35,456 bases of DNA, taken from a virus. Lineage: Duplodnaviria > Caudoviricetes. This document shows positions 16,748 through 26,364 of this stretch, piece by piece. The stretch lies in IMG/VR virus record IMGVR_UViG_3300016476_000462, positions 1 through 35,456 of that record, one strand, 5' to 3'. The position numbers were made by a program, and so were the translations under genes. The number at the start of each line of letters is the position of its first letter. Within the stretch, counting starts at the first letter, position 1. The notes below the pieces were generated by a model. It was not told the DNA's origin. It saw nothing but the letters and a program-made list of their open reading frames with translations, and made no database searches.

Positions 16748-19700
16748 ATGGCAACACAAAAGAAAATACTTTTTTCGGTAGAGATTGAAGGCACCGAGCA
16801 GGCGATAAAAACACAAAAGCAGCTAGCCGATGCGGTCAAGCAGGTAAATGAACAGCTTAAAAATACCGAAATAGGAACCAACGAGTACCGGAAACTAGAA
16901 ACGGAGCTTGGTAAGCTGAAGAATGCACAAAAAGACGTTGCGGACAGTCAGAAAGTTATCCAGCGCGAACTAGAGGTGCAAGCCAGCGGAGGCGCAAAGA
17001 CCTACCGCGCCTTGAACGCCGAGCTTGTAAACCTTCGAAAGCTATACAAGGAACTTACCGAGGTTGAAAGAAATAGCCAAATTGGCGCAGATATGCGCAG
17101 GCAAATACAGGCGCTGGACACTGAATTAAAAGACATTGACGCGTCAATAGGTCAATTTCAACGCAACGTCGGAAACTACGCCCAAGCCTTTAGCCCTTTG
17201 CGGGATATAATAGCGCAGAGCGTGCCCGGTTTTGGCCAGATGGCACAGGGAGCGGAGGCGATTAAAACTGGCATTGGCCAAGTAGGGCAAGCAGCTAGCC
17301 TTTCCGGTAAGGCAATCGCGGGGATGTTTGGAGCCTTCCAGGCAATTAGTATAATATTGGAAGGCGTGCAGGCTATGCGCGAATTTGCCAAGGAAACCAA
17401 CGAGCTTCGCGGCAATATTCAGCGATTGAGCGGTGAAACGGGCGAAGCTGCGGCAGCCGCAACTGGACGAATAATAGCCATGGGCAATACTTTCAAGGCA
17501 GATCAAGAAGAGCTATTAAGGGCAACCACTGCCATAAGCGTAAATTTTGGCATCAGCTACGAAGAAGCGCTCAATAAAATCGAACAAGGTTACCTTGCGG
17601 GCGCAGACGCAAATGGTAAATTTTTGGATGCACTCACCGAGTTTGCACCAAAAGCGAAGGGCGCAGGCGCAAGCGCGGACCAGCTAACACTAGCCTTAAC
17701 GCAGGCGGGCCGGGCTGGTCTGGAGGAGGAAGAAGTGTTGGAGAAAATTATCCAAACGTCTGACAAGCTAGAAGGAAGTACAAGCGATTTAGTAGACACT
17801 ACCGACGAGCTGACAAAAAAGCAAATTGAACAGTTAGCGGTAGAGAATGAAATAGCGGCCGGTAAAGTGGAGCTATCTAATAATATTACAAAGCTGTTCG
17901 GTACTCAAAACGGCTTTTTTGACTATTTACAAAGTACTGGCCTAAAGGTATTAAACAGTTGGCTCCAAGGGGTTCAAAAGATATTTGCGGCCTATAACGG
18001 CCTTTATGAGGCGGTGAAATTAATACTAGATGGCAATTTTAGTATTTCAGAACTAACAACAGCCTTTAGCAAAGGCTTTGCGGATTCACTAGCATCTGGA
18101 GAAGAAGCATTGAGGCAGCAAAAACAAGCGCAGGACAATGTAGCAGCACTGCAAGCGCAAGCACTGGCGGACAAAGACAAACGGGATAAGGAGGAAAGCG
18201 ACCGCCAAAAGGCAGAACGCGACCGAGATGCAGCGCAAAGGATTAGGGAGCAACAACAAAAACAGCAGGAAGAAGCGATAAAGGCGCAAACGGCATACAA
18301 CGACGAACGCTTGCAGCTACTTAATGAGCTTAACAAGCGCCTAGCGGATAACGCCATACAGGCAATACAAGACCAAACAGCACGTGAAGTGGCGGAGGAA
18401 GACAAACGTTTAGCAGACGTAAAAGCCGCACTTATTAAGCAGCGGGAAGAGTTTATAAAGACACAAGCCGAAACCCGCGCCGCACTGGTGCAGAACCTTG
18501 GCAAAAATGCGGCTGAAGTACGCGCATTTGATGCACAGGCGGCAAGTGATTTACTAATACAGCAGCAGCAGGCAAACGCGGTTATAGAGCAGGAAGAGCA
18601 GCGGCACGAACTGCGCTTGCGGGAAATTAAAAACAATGCCACGCGGCAGGAAGCGACCGACCGCTTGGCGCGCATCCGTGCAAGCCTGCAAGCGACGCAG
18701 GAGGGTTTTAAAATTGAAGCAAATGCCGCAGCGGTCGCACTAAACGAGGCAATAACCGAAGCACTGCAAGCAGGAGGAACGGAGGCCGAGCGCGGGGCAG
18801 CAGTGGTGCAGCTACGCCTTGAATATGACAAGCAGCAGGCGCAAACGCAGGTACAGCAGCTAGACCAGCAGATCGAAGAAGTACAAGCAAACCTTGAACG
18901 CTTGGCAACAGACGACACGATCACAAACGCAAGCATAGAGGAGTATAACTTTTTAATGGGGCAGCTAGACCAGCTCACGCTTGCACGTTCTGAAGCAGAA
19001 AAAAAATATACAGAGATAGTAGTAGGCGAAGCGGCGAAAAGAGAGCAGACTCAGCGGGCGCAATTCGAGCAAGCGCTTGAATACCTTGGCCAAATAACGG
19101 CCATATTTGACCAGATACAATCTGCTGCAGCGCAACGGGAGCAAAACCGCCTAGATGAGGCAGCGGAAAAGAATAGCGAGCGGATTCAAGAACTAGAAAA
19201 GCAACTCGAAAACGCGAGCGGCCAACAAAAGGCACGTCTGGAAGCGCAGCTCAACACCGAGAAAAAGAACGCGGAAGAATTAGAAGCAGAAAAAGAGCGA
19301 TTAAGAAAAGAAGAGGGGCAAAGGAATAAAGCATTTGCGACAGTTCAGGCGATTATTAACACTGCCTTAGCGGTCACCAGGGCGCTTGCAAGCCCTGGCG
19401 GTTTGATCGTTGCGGCTATTGCAGCAGCGCAGGGAGCCGCACAAATTGCCACGATACAGGCGCAGCCAGCGGCCGAAGGCGGTCTGATGGGTGGCGACGT
19501 ACCAAATATTAAGGATGGCTTAATAGTAAACACGCCAAACATTAAGCAGATGCGCAACGGCGACAACATACTAGCAACCGTTCGGCGTGGTGAAGTAGTG
19601 TTAAACGAACGCCAACAGGCACTACTTGGAGGCGCTAGTACTTTCCGTTCGATTGGAGTACCTGGCTTTGCAGCCGGTGGCGTGATCGGCGCGCCTAACA

Positions 19701-19879
19701 TTGTGGACACAAACCGCGAAACCTTGGCAAAGCTGGAAGAACAACAGCGTTTACTATCTCAATTCATTCAGGCAACAAACGCCCGAATAGATCGGATACA
19801 GACGTACGTAGTCACCGAAGACATAGTAGACGACGTGCAGACAGCTAACCGCGTGCGAACAGCCGCAGTACTAGGGTAA
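16748..19879 (+). CDS. Tape measure protein
   Basis: 1043 aa, A/E/Q-rich coiled coil; GQFQRNVGNY, AIINTALAV, FAAGG. Confidence 0.9.
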   Translation: MATQKKILFSVEIEGTEQAIKTQKQLADAVKQVNEQLKNTEIGTNEYRKLETELGKLKNAQKDVADSQKVIQRELEVQASGGAKTYRALNAELVNLRKLYKELTEVERNSQIGADMRRQIQALDTELKDIDASIGQFQRNVGNYAQAFSPLRDIIAQSVPGFGQMAQGAEAIKTGIGQVGQAASLSGKAIAGMFGAFQAISIILEGVQAMREFAKETNELRGNIQRLSGETGEAAAAATGRIIAMGNTFKADQEELLRATTAISVNFGISYEEALNKIEQGYLAGADANGKFLDALTEFAPKAKGAGASADQLTLALTQAGRAGLEEEEVLEKIIQTSDKLEGSTSDLVDTTDELTKKQIEQLAVENEIAAGKVELSNNITKLFGTQNGFFDYLQSTGLKVLNSWLQGVQKIFAAYNGLYEAVKLILDGNFSISELTTAFSKGFADSLASGEEALRQQKQAQDNVAALQAQALADKDKRDKEESDRQKAERDRDAAQRIREQQQKQQEEAIKAQTAYNDERLQLLNELNKRLADNAIQAIQDQTAREVAEEDKRLADVKAALIKQREEFIKTQAETRAALVQNLGKNAAEVRAFDAQAASDLLIQQQQANAVIEQEEQRHELRLREIKNNATRQEATDRLARIRASLQATQEGFKIEANAAAVALNEAITEALQAGGTEAERGAAVVQLRLEYDKQQAQTQVQQLDQQIEEVQANLERLATDDTITNASIEEYNFLMGQLDQLTLARSEAEKKYTEIVVGEAAKREQTQRAQFEQALEYLGQITAIFDQIQSAAAQREQNRLDEAAEKNSERIQELEKQLENASGQQKARLEAQLNTEKKNAEELEAEKERLRKEEGQRNKAFATVQAIINTALAVTRALASPGGLIVAAIAAAQGAAQIATIQAQPAAEGGLMGGDVPNIKDGLIVNTPNIKQMRNGDNILATVRRGEVVLNERQQALLGGASTFRSIGVPGFAAGGVIGAPNIVDTNRETLAKLEEQQRLLSQFIQATNARIDRIQTYVVTEDIVDDVQTANRVRTAAVLG

Positions 19880-19906
19880 AATACTAGATTAACCTTCGTT
19901 TTATTC

Positions 19907-19946
19907 GGCGGTCGGGGTGCTTTATGTGCTATCCGGCCGCCTTTTT
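19907..19946 (+). terminator. Intrinsic terminator after the tape measure gene
   Basis: GGCGGTCGG...CCGGCCGCC TTTTT. Confidence 0.85.
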
Positions 19947-19965
19947 CATTTTCTTTCAAAAAAGT

Positions 19966-20007
19966 TATAAAAATATTTTTATAATCCATTCGGGCGGCTT
20001 ACCTTTG
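19966..20007 (+). promoter_or_regulatory. Palindrome-type promoter
   Basis: TATAAAAATATTTTTATA-N16-TACCTTTG. Confidence 0.85.
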
Positions 20008-20052
20008 CCTAACAATTAACAATTAACGCTAACAATTTAAAAATTTCAGATC

Positions 20053-20562
20053 ATGAACAACACACAATTAGAGTACGCAGAAGGAATACGTAATTTGCTT
20101 TCTATTAACCCAGACCCAATTCTCGAAGGCTCTTGGACACCGCTCCAGATTGCTAAAGATTACGCCGAAGTCGGCGAAGACTGCGGCCTTACACTAGACG
20201 AGGCCGTGGAAATTATCGAACGCGAACTTGCGTCTTATTTGGACGAGCAGGGGTTTGTTGAGATGCCTAAGCGCAAAAAAACAGCAGAGCAGCAAATTAA
20301 GATCGCCGAAACACGGGACAGGCTAAACGAGCGCGCAAATGAGCAAGCGCGGATACTACTTGGTAAATACAAGTGGACACCGCCACAGCGTCGCATGCTT
20401 GAGCAGCAGGCGGAAAAAGGGTATATTATTTCAACGCATGGCGATATGTCAAAGGCCTTCGGACGCTTTCAGGGTACAAACCCTGACGATATTGCCACGT
20501 ATCGAATCATGTGGCTAGGCAAAAAAGTTCCAGCAAAAAAACGCCTTAATTTTACTTGCTAG
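20053..20562 (+). CDS. Hypothetical early protein
   Basis: First ORF after the promoter; A-rich leader. Confidence 0.75.
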   Translation: MNNTQLEYAEGIRNLLSINPDPILEGSWTPLQIAKDYAEVGEDCGLTLDEAVEIIERELASYLDEQGFVEMPKRKKTAEQQIKIAETRDRLNERANEQARILLGKYKWTPPQRRMLEQQAEKGYIISTHGDMSKAFGRFQGTNPDDIATYRIMWLGKKVPAKKRLNFTC

Positions 20563-20717
20563 CTTGGTTAGACATTAGACATTCGCTAAACACTTTTAGA
20601 CAACGTACTACTACGAAGGCCGAGTAATTAACAAAGCCAGCAAGGTAGTGATAACGCCTAAGGGCATTACGACTACCGACAAAGTATCCACTTTTACAAA
20701 TTCAATCATTATCAGCA

Positions 20718-21563
20718 ATGAACAAAGAGCAGCTAATTAGTAACATATCACGAGGCGACATTCGTCTTTCATTCACTAGCCTAGAGCGGTTTAGTATTTC
20801 GCCCAAGGCGTTTATAAATTACAAGCTGGCAAAGTTTGAGCAGACTGAAGCCATGCTTTTGGGCCAGTTGGTACACATGATGGTACTAGAACCCGACAAA
20901 GTCGATACTTATTTCGTAGAGGCTCCAGAAGTGAACGGAGCGACTAAGGAAGGAAAAGCGGTTTGGTACGGCTTGTACTGCCAGTACGTCGAGCAGGTAC
21001 CAGCGGAGGGTTTTAAGATGACCATTTCTGACATTCAAGCCGAAATCGCAGCAAGCGCTAACATAAACATTCTACCAGCAAAAACTTTCCAAGCCGCAAG
21101 CCTTCGCGCAAATGCGATCCTAGAAAACGAAACAGCAAGCGACTATTTGCACGGTGAGGTAGAAGTAAAACTGCCGGAAGGCTTTGAACTGTTCAGTCTG
21201 CCCTTTTCTGGCCGTGCCGACCTGGTGAGTTTTGATAACGGTTTTGTGATGGATATTAAAACCATGGCAGACGCAACGCGCAACAATGCAGCGCGGGAGA
21301 TTGTCAAGAAAAAATACCACTGGCAGGCCGCTATTTACATGGAGGCGTTCCAAATAGACAGTTTTTACTTTGTATGTGTGGATGGGAATGGAGAAGTAAG
21401 CGTGCACGCGCTAAGCGAAGGAATGAAAAACCAGGCACTTGCAGAAATTAAAATGTACTGCGAGCGTTTCAAAGAAGCGGTACAAAATCCCGAATTATTT
21501 AACCAGTCGCAGGAGTTTTACACCGGCGGCGTAAACCTGATCGATGTTTATGTTAAAGGATAA
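20718..21563 (+). CDS. PD-(D/E)XK exonuclease (RecE/ExoVIII-like)
   Basis: GQLVHMMVLEP, GRADL, MDIKT, YHWQAAIY. Confidence 0.85.
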   Translation: MNKEQLISNISRGDIRLSFTSLERFSISPKAFINYKLAKFEQTEAMLLGQLVHMMVLEPDKVDTYFVEAPEVNGATKEGKAVWYGLYCQYVEQVPAEGFKMTISDIQAEIAASANINILPAKTFQAASLRANAILENETASDYLHGEVEVKLPEGFELFSLPFSGRADLVSFDNGFVMDIKTMADATRNNAAREIVKKKYHWQAAIYMEAFQIDSFYFVCVDGNGEVSVHALSEGMKNQALAEIKMYCERFKEAVQNPELFNQSQEFYTGGVNLIDVYVKG

Positions 21564-21801
21564 TTTGTACAAAGTCACAGGCGACAATAAGGTAGCCTTT
21601 GTAAAAAAGCAAGGCGCGAAGGTGCTTATTATGGAAAAGCAAGGGCAACTTGCTAACCGTGACCGGATCCGGCCAGGCGACCTGGAAGAAATCGACGAAA
21701 GTGCGGGGCTGATTGTCTACCCAAGCACTGGCAGTATTACGGATACGGTCGTCGAGGCCTTCAACGCTTACGAGCAAAAGCGGAAGCCGCGCTGGTTATG
21801 A
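21544..21801 (+). CDS. Hypothetical protein
   Basis: Overlaps both neighbouring genes. Confidence 0.6.
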   Translation: MFMLKDNLYKVTGDNKVAFVKKQGAKVLIMEKQGQLANRDRIRPGDLEEIDESAGLIVYPSTGSITDTVVEAFNAYEQKRKPRWL

Positions 21802-22187
21802 ATAACGAGCTTTTTAAGACGCTGCTTGCAGTCTTAATCGGTGCGGCCCTTTACAAACTTTACTACACAGGTAAAGAAGCGCGGGAAGGGCCGCCCGTTA
21901 CTCCAATAACGCAGCAGACTGGCAACTACCTAGTAATCGCTGGAAATTTTGCTACGGTTGAAAACGCCACGCCTGTAGTTTTGTACCTTCGGGGAAAAGG
22001 CTGGCGGACCGCCTGCGCCATGGCACACGGCGAAAGGTATAGGGTAGTAGTTAGTCGGCACGAAAAAGAAATACAAGCGTATCAAACAAAATCAGAACTG
22101 GAAGCGCTAGAAGTAGACGCTTTTGTAGTAACTTTAAAAAATATAGATAATGGAGAAGAAATACAAAACAATGGGCGAACTAATTGA
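21798..22187 (+). CDS. Membrane-anchored SPOR-domain protein
   Basis: N-terminal TM LLAVLIGAALY; YLVIAGNFATVENA...YRVVV...DAFVV SPOR pattern. Confidence 0.75.
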   Translation: MNNELFKTLLAVLIGAALYKLYYTGKEAREGPPVTPITQQTGNYLVIAGNFATVENATPVVLYLRGKGWRTACAMAHGERYRVVVSRHEKEIQAYQTKSELEALEVDAFVVTLKNIDNGEEIQNNGRTN

Positions 22188-22407
22188 AGCCCGCCGAGCG
22201 CGTGGCAAGCTGACAAGCAAGGCGCAAAAAGACAAATTAAGAAATAATAAAACGTTCTACAAAACCGGCGAAGATGGTTGTGAGTACTGGAACGAAAACA
22301 CAAAACTTAATTACGTCACTGGCTTCTACATTGACCCGAGTAGCCAATTTCACGCAAGATGTTCAAAATGGGACCTAAGCACATACAAATTCCCGCGCAA
22401 CTGGTAG
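22150..22407 (+). CDS. Hypothetical protein
   Basis: ORF in a tightly packed operon. Confidence 0.55.
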   Translation: MEKKYKTMGELIEARRARGKLTSKAQKDKLRNNKTFYKTGEDGCEYWNENTKLNYVTGFYIDPSSQFHARCSKWDLSTYKFPRNW

Positions 22408-22583
22408 AAATCGTTTTGCGCACCTGGAACCAGGCAGATTTTACGCAGCAAGATCTTGCTGCTATGTTTGATTGGTGGAATACTACTTTCCCGTACGATG
22501 CGCAGAAAATAACCTGCAAGGGATGCCGCACGCGGGTCGTATCTAAATTACGCTACTATGTACAGCAGCAAGGAGGTAACTAA
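22359..22583 (+). CDS. Small CxxC protein
   Basis: KITCKGCRTRVV. Confidence 0.6.
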   Translation: MFKMGPKHIQIPAQLVEIVLRTWNQADFTQQDLAAMFDWWNTTFPYDAQKITCKGCRTRVVSKLRYYVQQQGGN

Positions 22584-22893
22584 TGCGCATAAGTCGTTTG
22601 CAGCTTTAGTCGTGGACAATTACCAAAAGCGCTGCAAGCGACTAGAACGTGAAGAAACGCTTGAGGGCTTGGTATTGTTTATGGTCCAACAACAGGTAAT
22701 AAGGTGGCCTATCTTAATTCGGTACATGATACTTGAAAAATGGCCTAGCTATTTATACCGAGCTAACGGCGCAAAAACGCAGGCTGTTAAGTTGATGGAA
22801 GCAGAACTACCAACAACAGACCGGACAATCTGGACAGTACTAAAAGATCAAAGCAAAGTGCTAGCTAGCCGCAAGCGCTGGAAGTATTTGTAA
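22558..22893 (+). CDS. Putative HTH transcription regulator (Mor/C-like)
   Basis: C-terminal AVKLMEAELPTTDRTIWTVL is HTH-like; last gene before the head module. Confidence 0.45.
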   Translation: MYSSKEVTNAHKSFAALVVDNYQKRCKRLEREETLEGLVLFMVQQQVIRWPILIRYMILEKWPSYLYRANGAKTQAVKLMEAELPTTDRTIWTVLKDQSKVLASRKRWKYL

Positions 22894-22973
22894 GTACATC
22901 ATAGGGTTATTAGCGAATTTTCGCGAAATTTTCAGCAGGTGCAACGGGGCAACCCTTGCACCTTTGTGCGTGT

Positions 22974-24125
22974 ATGGAAGCAAACAGCCAAATATTAGCA
23001 CGTAAAGCAGACCATTTCCGGATGGCAGTAGCGCCGGAAGGCGGTAAAACAATCGAAATCTTTAACGAGATTAGTGAGTGGTGGGGGTATGGCCTCCCAA
23101 TGCTAGCCAACGAGCTAAACGGCCACAAGGGCAGCGTTTTAGTAAAAATAAACAGCGTGGGCGGCGACCTGCTGCAAGGCGTAGCAATTAAGAACTACCT
23201 TAAAGAATTTAACCCTATTATAGAAGTAATTGGCCTAGCTGCGAGTTCTGCAACGATTATTGCCGCCGCAGGCCGCTGGGTCAAGATACACGAAGGCGCG
23301 CTTTTCATGATCCATAATCCAATGAGTACGGCAGGAGGCAGCGCCGCAGAGCTGGAAGGCGATGTGGCGGTTCTTCGGAAATTAGAGATGGAAATGCGGT
23401 CAATTTATGCCGCTGCCATTCGCGCGCGCGGCAAAATGAAAGAGTACAACGACGCAGAACTAGACGCGAAGTTAGCAGAGTGGATGGACGCTGAAACCTG
23501 GTTCACGGCAGCCGAGACGGTGCAGTACGGGTTTGCCGATGAGGTGGTAAAAAGCGCGGAGGCGCGGGCAAACATTGAAGCACAGGTAAAGTCAAGGTAT
23601 TACGCGCAGGCAAGTTTCAAAAATATGCCTGCTTTTTCAGAAAGCAATAAACAACAGGAAGCAATGAGTAAAAACACATTAAGCGGCTTTTTGGATGGTT
23701 TGAAGAATTTAATCAACCAAACAGAAGCAGCAGCAGAACAAACGCCTGTAGAGGCCGCCGAGCAGATGCCCGAAGAGGTGACAGCAGCAACGGAAGCGGA
23801 AATCGCGGCAGCTGTTAAGATGCTAACCGATTTAGGCTACAAGGTTGAGGATCCAGAAATGGAAACCGAAACGGTAGAAGTTGAGGTGCCAGTACCAGCA
23901 GAGGCAGGCAACAAGGAAGACAAGCCAATGATGACAGCAGAGGCAGTCGAGGCCATGGTGGCGGCAAAGGTAGAAGCAGCCCTAAAGGCAGCTAAAGCGG
24001 CGAAGCCAGTCACACAGGCAGCAGCCAAGCCAGCACCGACAACAGCAGAGGCAAAAAAACAAGAAATTGCAAACAAGGTGGGCAAGGCGTTTGACAGCTT
24101 AGCTAACCAAATGAAGAACAACTAA
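22974..24125 (+). CDS. ClpP-type (S14) head maturation protease fused to a scaffold
   Basis: INSVGGD, GLAASSAT, FMIHNP, ETWFTA, GFADEV; A/E-rich tail; ATG at 22974 preferred. Confidence 0.92.
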   Translation: MEANSQILARKADHFRMAVAPEGGKTIEIFNEISEWWGYGLPMLANELNGHKGSVLVKINSVGGDLLQGVAIKNYLKEFNPIIEVIGLAASSATIIAAAGRWVKIHEGALFMIHNPMSTAGGSAAELEGDVAVLRKLEMEMRSIYAAAIRARGKMKEYNDAELDAKLAEWMDAETWFTAAETVQYGFADEVVKSAEARANIEAQVKSRYYAQASFKNMPAFSESNKQQEAMSKNTLSGFLDGLKNLINQTEAAAEQTPVEAAEQMPEEVTAATEAEIAAAVKMLTDLGYKVEDPEMETETVEVEVPVPAEAGNKEDKPMMTAEAVEAMVAAKVEAALKAAKAAKPVTQAAAKPAPTTAEAKKQEIANKVGKAFDSLANQMKNN

Positions 24126-24137
24126 AAAACAAGAAAA

Positions 24138-24575
24138 ATGGCACTTGACCCAATGACAGACGGGCTTACCCGGACAAACCCAAACGCACACGAACCCGAA
24201 AACGCACTCCAGTTGTACGGAGTTAGCAAAGTGGGATGTTGCGATTTTGCAGCAGAATTCACCTGGGAAGTGGGCGGCACGCTTGCAGACCCTAGCCTTG
24301 TTTTCACGCCAACAGCAGGAGCAAACGACGCAGATTTGCGGTACTTTAAGTGGAAGGTACTGGATCAGTCTGGAAACGCCGCTTTTGGCGCTACAGTTCC
24401 TCCAGCAACTACACCTGTAACAGTGAACGTTTCAGGTCTTAATTTGACAGACCCGCTTCGCGTGGAGTTCCGCGCCGAGAAAACCGGAAACAGCGGCCCT
24501 TGCATCGTTTGCTACTGGGTAGAAGTTCCAGCGGGATATGTGAACGCAATGCTTAGCCCAGAGGCAGGCGCTTAA
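24138..24575 (+). CDS. Putative head decoration protein
   Basis: Beta-rich, 145 aa, between the protease and capsid genes. Confidence 0.45.
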   Translation: MALDPMTDGLTRTNPNAHEPENALQLYGVSKVGCCDFAAEFTWEVGGTLADPSLVFTPTAGANDADLRYFKWKVLDQSGNAAFGATVPPATTPVTVNVSGLNLTDPLRVEFRAEKTGNSGPCIVCYWVEVPAGYVNAMLSPEAGA

Positions 24576-24600
24576 TTAACCAAATAAAAGCAACTTAAAA

Positions 24601-25581
24601 ATGACAGTTGAAAATCAATTAGCTATAAACTTGCGGGGAACAGAGGCAAACACGCTGTTCTTCGAACCAATTTACCAAGACGCGGATGTGCGTTCCGAGT
24701 TCCGCATCATTTCCAACGTAACCAACCAGCGTAAACTTGCCTTTGTGCAGGAGCTGGAAAAAATTGTCCGCGCGCACACTGGTTGCGGCTTTACGCCAGC
24801 CGGTAACGCGAAAATCTACGAACGCACCTTAACAGTAGACCGCGTAAAGGTTAATCTTGAATGGTGCTGGGAGGAGCTGAAAGACACAGTTTACGAAGAG
24901 GCCTTGAATAAAGGAATTTCATTTCCAGACATTAACGGCACCATCTTCTTTGATATTCTGCAAACCCTTGCAACGCAGGCAATACGCAAAGATAACAGCC
25001 GTTTGGCATTTTTTGGTGACCGTGCTAGTTTGTCGCCTGCCTATGATATTACCGATGGTCTTTGGACTGTTTACATCCCTCAATTTGTAGCAGCTAACCA
25101 AACACCATATTACAACACAGGCTCCGGCGCGCCTTTGGCGGCTGGTGATGGCATCGACATTTTGCGCGCTATTTACGATGGTTCCGACGTGCGCTTGAAG
25201 GGCTTGCCGACAAATATGAAGAAATTCTATGTTAGCGGTAGCGTATTTGAGCAGTACCGCGCAGATATTGAAAACGGCGGTGGCGGTGACGCAGGTATTA
25301 CGGTGCTGCAAAACGGACAGGAAGTATTTAGTTTTCGCGGTATCGAAGTAAAGCCAATGTGGTTGTGGGATGACATTATGACAACCGACTTCGCAGCGCC
25401 AAACACACACCAGGCACTCTTGACAACTCCACAAAACCTTGTTTTGGGTACTGACTTGCTAGACAGCACTAACGAGTTCAAGGTGTGGTACAACGATGAA
25501 GACGAAGCAGTACGCTTAAAGGCTTTGTACAAATTGGGCTTTAACGTTGTTCATCCAAGCCTTATGTCTGTAGGCTATTAA
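24601..25581 (+). CDS. Major capsid protein
   Basis: GCGFTPAG, ERTL, NLVLGTDL; size and position. Confidence 0.88.
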   Translation: MTVENQLAINLRGTEANTLFFEPIYQDADVRSEFRIISNVTNQRKLAFVQELEKIVRAHTGCGFTPAGNAKIYERTLTVDRVKVNLEWCWEELKDTVYEEALNKGISFPDINGTIFFDILQTLATQAIRKDNSRLAFFGDRASLSPAYDITDGLWTVYIPQFVAANQTPYYNTGSGAPLAAGDGIDILRAIYDGSDVRLKGLPTNMKKFYVSGSVFEQYRADIENGGGGDAGITVLQNGQEVFSFRGIEVKPMWLWDDIMTTDFAAPNTHQALLTTPQNLVLGTDLLDSTNEFKVWYNDEDEAVRLKALYKLGFNVVHPSLMSVGY

Positions 25582-25608
25582 TTAATCAAAATTAAATTTT
25601 AAATAAAC

Positions 25609-26142
25609 ATGCTAACAGCAGGATATACGCAAGCCTGTACCGCTAACGCGGGCGGCGTTCGCCGGGTGGCTTTGGCTAACCGGCAGGATGTCAGCACGTG
25701 GGTAGTAGATGGAACAGGCGCCGTGACCGGTATTACCATGGTCGCGACAAAAAAATTCTACGAGTTTGAGGCGGAGCTTGAAACCATTGAGTTTATCGAG
25801 GCGGGTACATTTGCAAACAAAACTACTTTGTACGAGCAGTCCTTGGACATGACTTGGTTGCCGTATGGCTCGGCAGCCCGCACCTCCTTAATGCAGTTGT
25901 ACGCGCAAAGCCCTTGCGGCCTTGTTTGTATTCACTTGGAAGAAACGGGAGTTGCATACATTTGGGGTATCCTGCCAAGCGACACCGCCGAGGACAAGAA
26001 GTTCGTAGTACGAATGAATACCAGCAACCGCACAACTGGCCGCGCCTTGAATGATGCCGCACAGGTGGAATTGCAGCTAACTGCGCGCAATATCGTGCCA
26101 GCTGCTATCTTTACCCCTGGCTGGGCCGGTGTGCCGCTGTAA
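25609..26142 (+). CDS. Major tail tube protein
   Basis: LTAG...C..NAGGVRRV, FYEFE, YEQSL, TTGRALND. Confidence 0.75.
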   Translation: MLTAGYTQACTANAGGVRRVALANRQDVSTWVVDGTGAVTGITMVATKKFYEFEAELETIEFIEAGTFANKTTLYEQSLDMTWLPYGSAARTSLMQLYAQSPCGLVCIHLEETGVAYIWGILPSDTAEDKKFVVRMNTSNRTTGRALNDAAQVELQLTARNIVPAAIFTPGWAGVPL

Positions 26143-26166
26143 AAGTTTGTAAACCTTTGACAAATT

Positions 26167-26364
26167 ATGTTTGAAATTCGCGAAGAGTACCGGGATTATG
26201 TATGGATTGGAACTTTATGTGGGAAATTTGTACAAAAAAAGCTAGGCGATTTAAGCCAAGAAGAGCTCAAAGAAATGTACAACTATCCAGTGCAGCACAA
26301 GTTCTACAAGCCAAAAGCAAACAAGGCCGAAGCCAAGGCAGAGGCTAAGAAAGAGGAAGCATGA
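26167..26364 (+). CDS. Small hypothetical protein
   Basis: LSQEELKEMY; ATGA overlap with the portal start. Confidence 0.65.
   Translation: MFEIREEYRDYVWIGTLCGKFVQKKLGDLSQEELKEMYNYPVQHKFYKPKANKAEAKAEAKKEEA

Noticed and set aside
18004-18978. 324-aa minus-strand ORF and the other minus-strand ORFs
   Set aside because: Antisense shadows of biased + strand genes, with unnatural S/C/A-rich composition
20563-20717. TAG read-through or recoded ORF (protein-like frame TTYYYEGRVINK...)
   Set aside because: No start codon; TAG serves as a normal stop in well-supported genes such as terS and the holin; more likely a gene remnant
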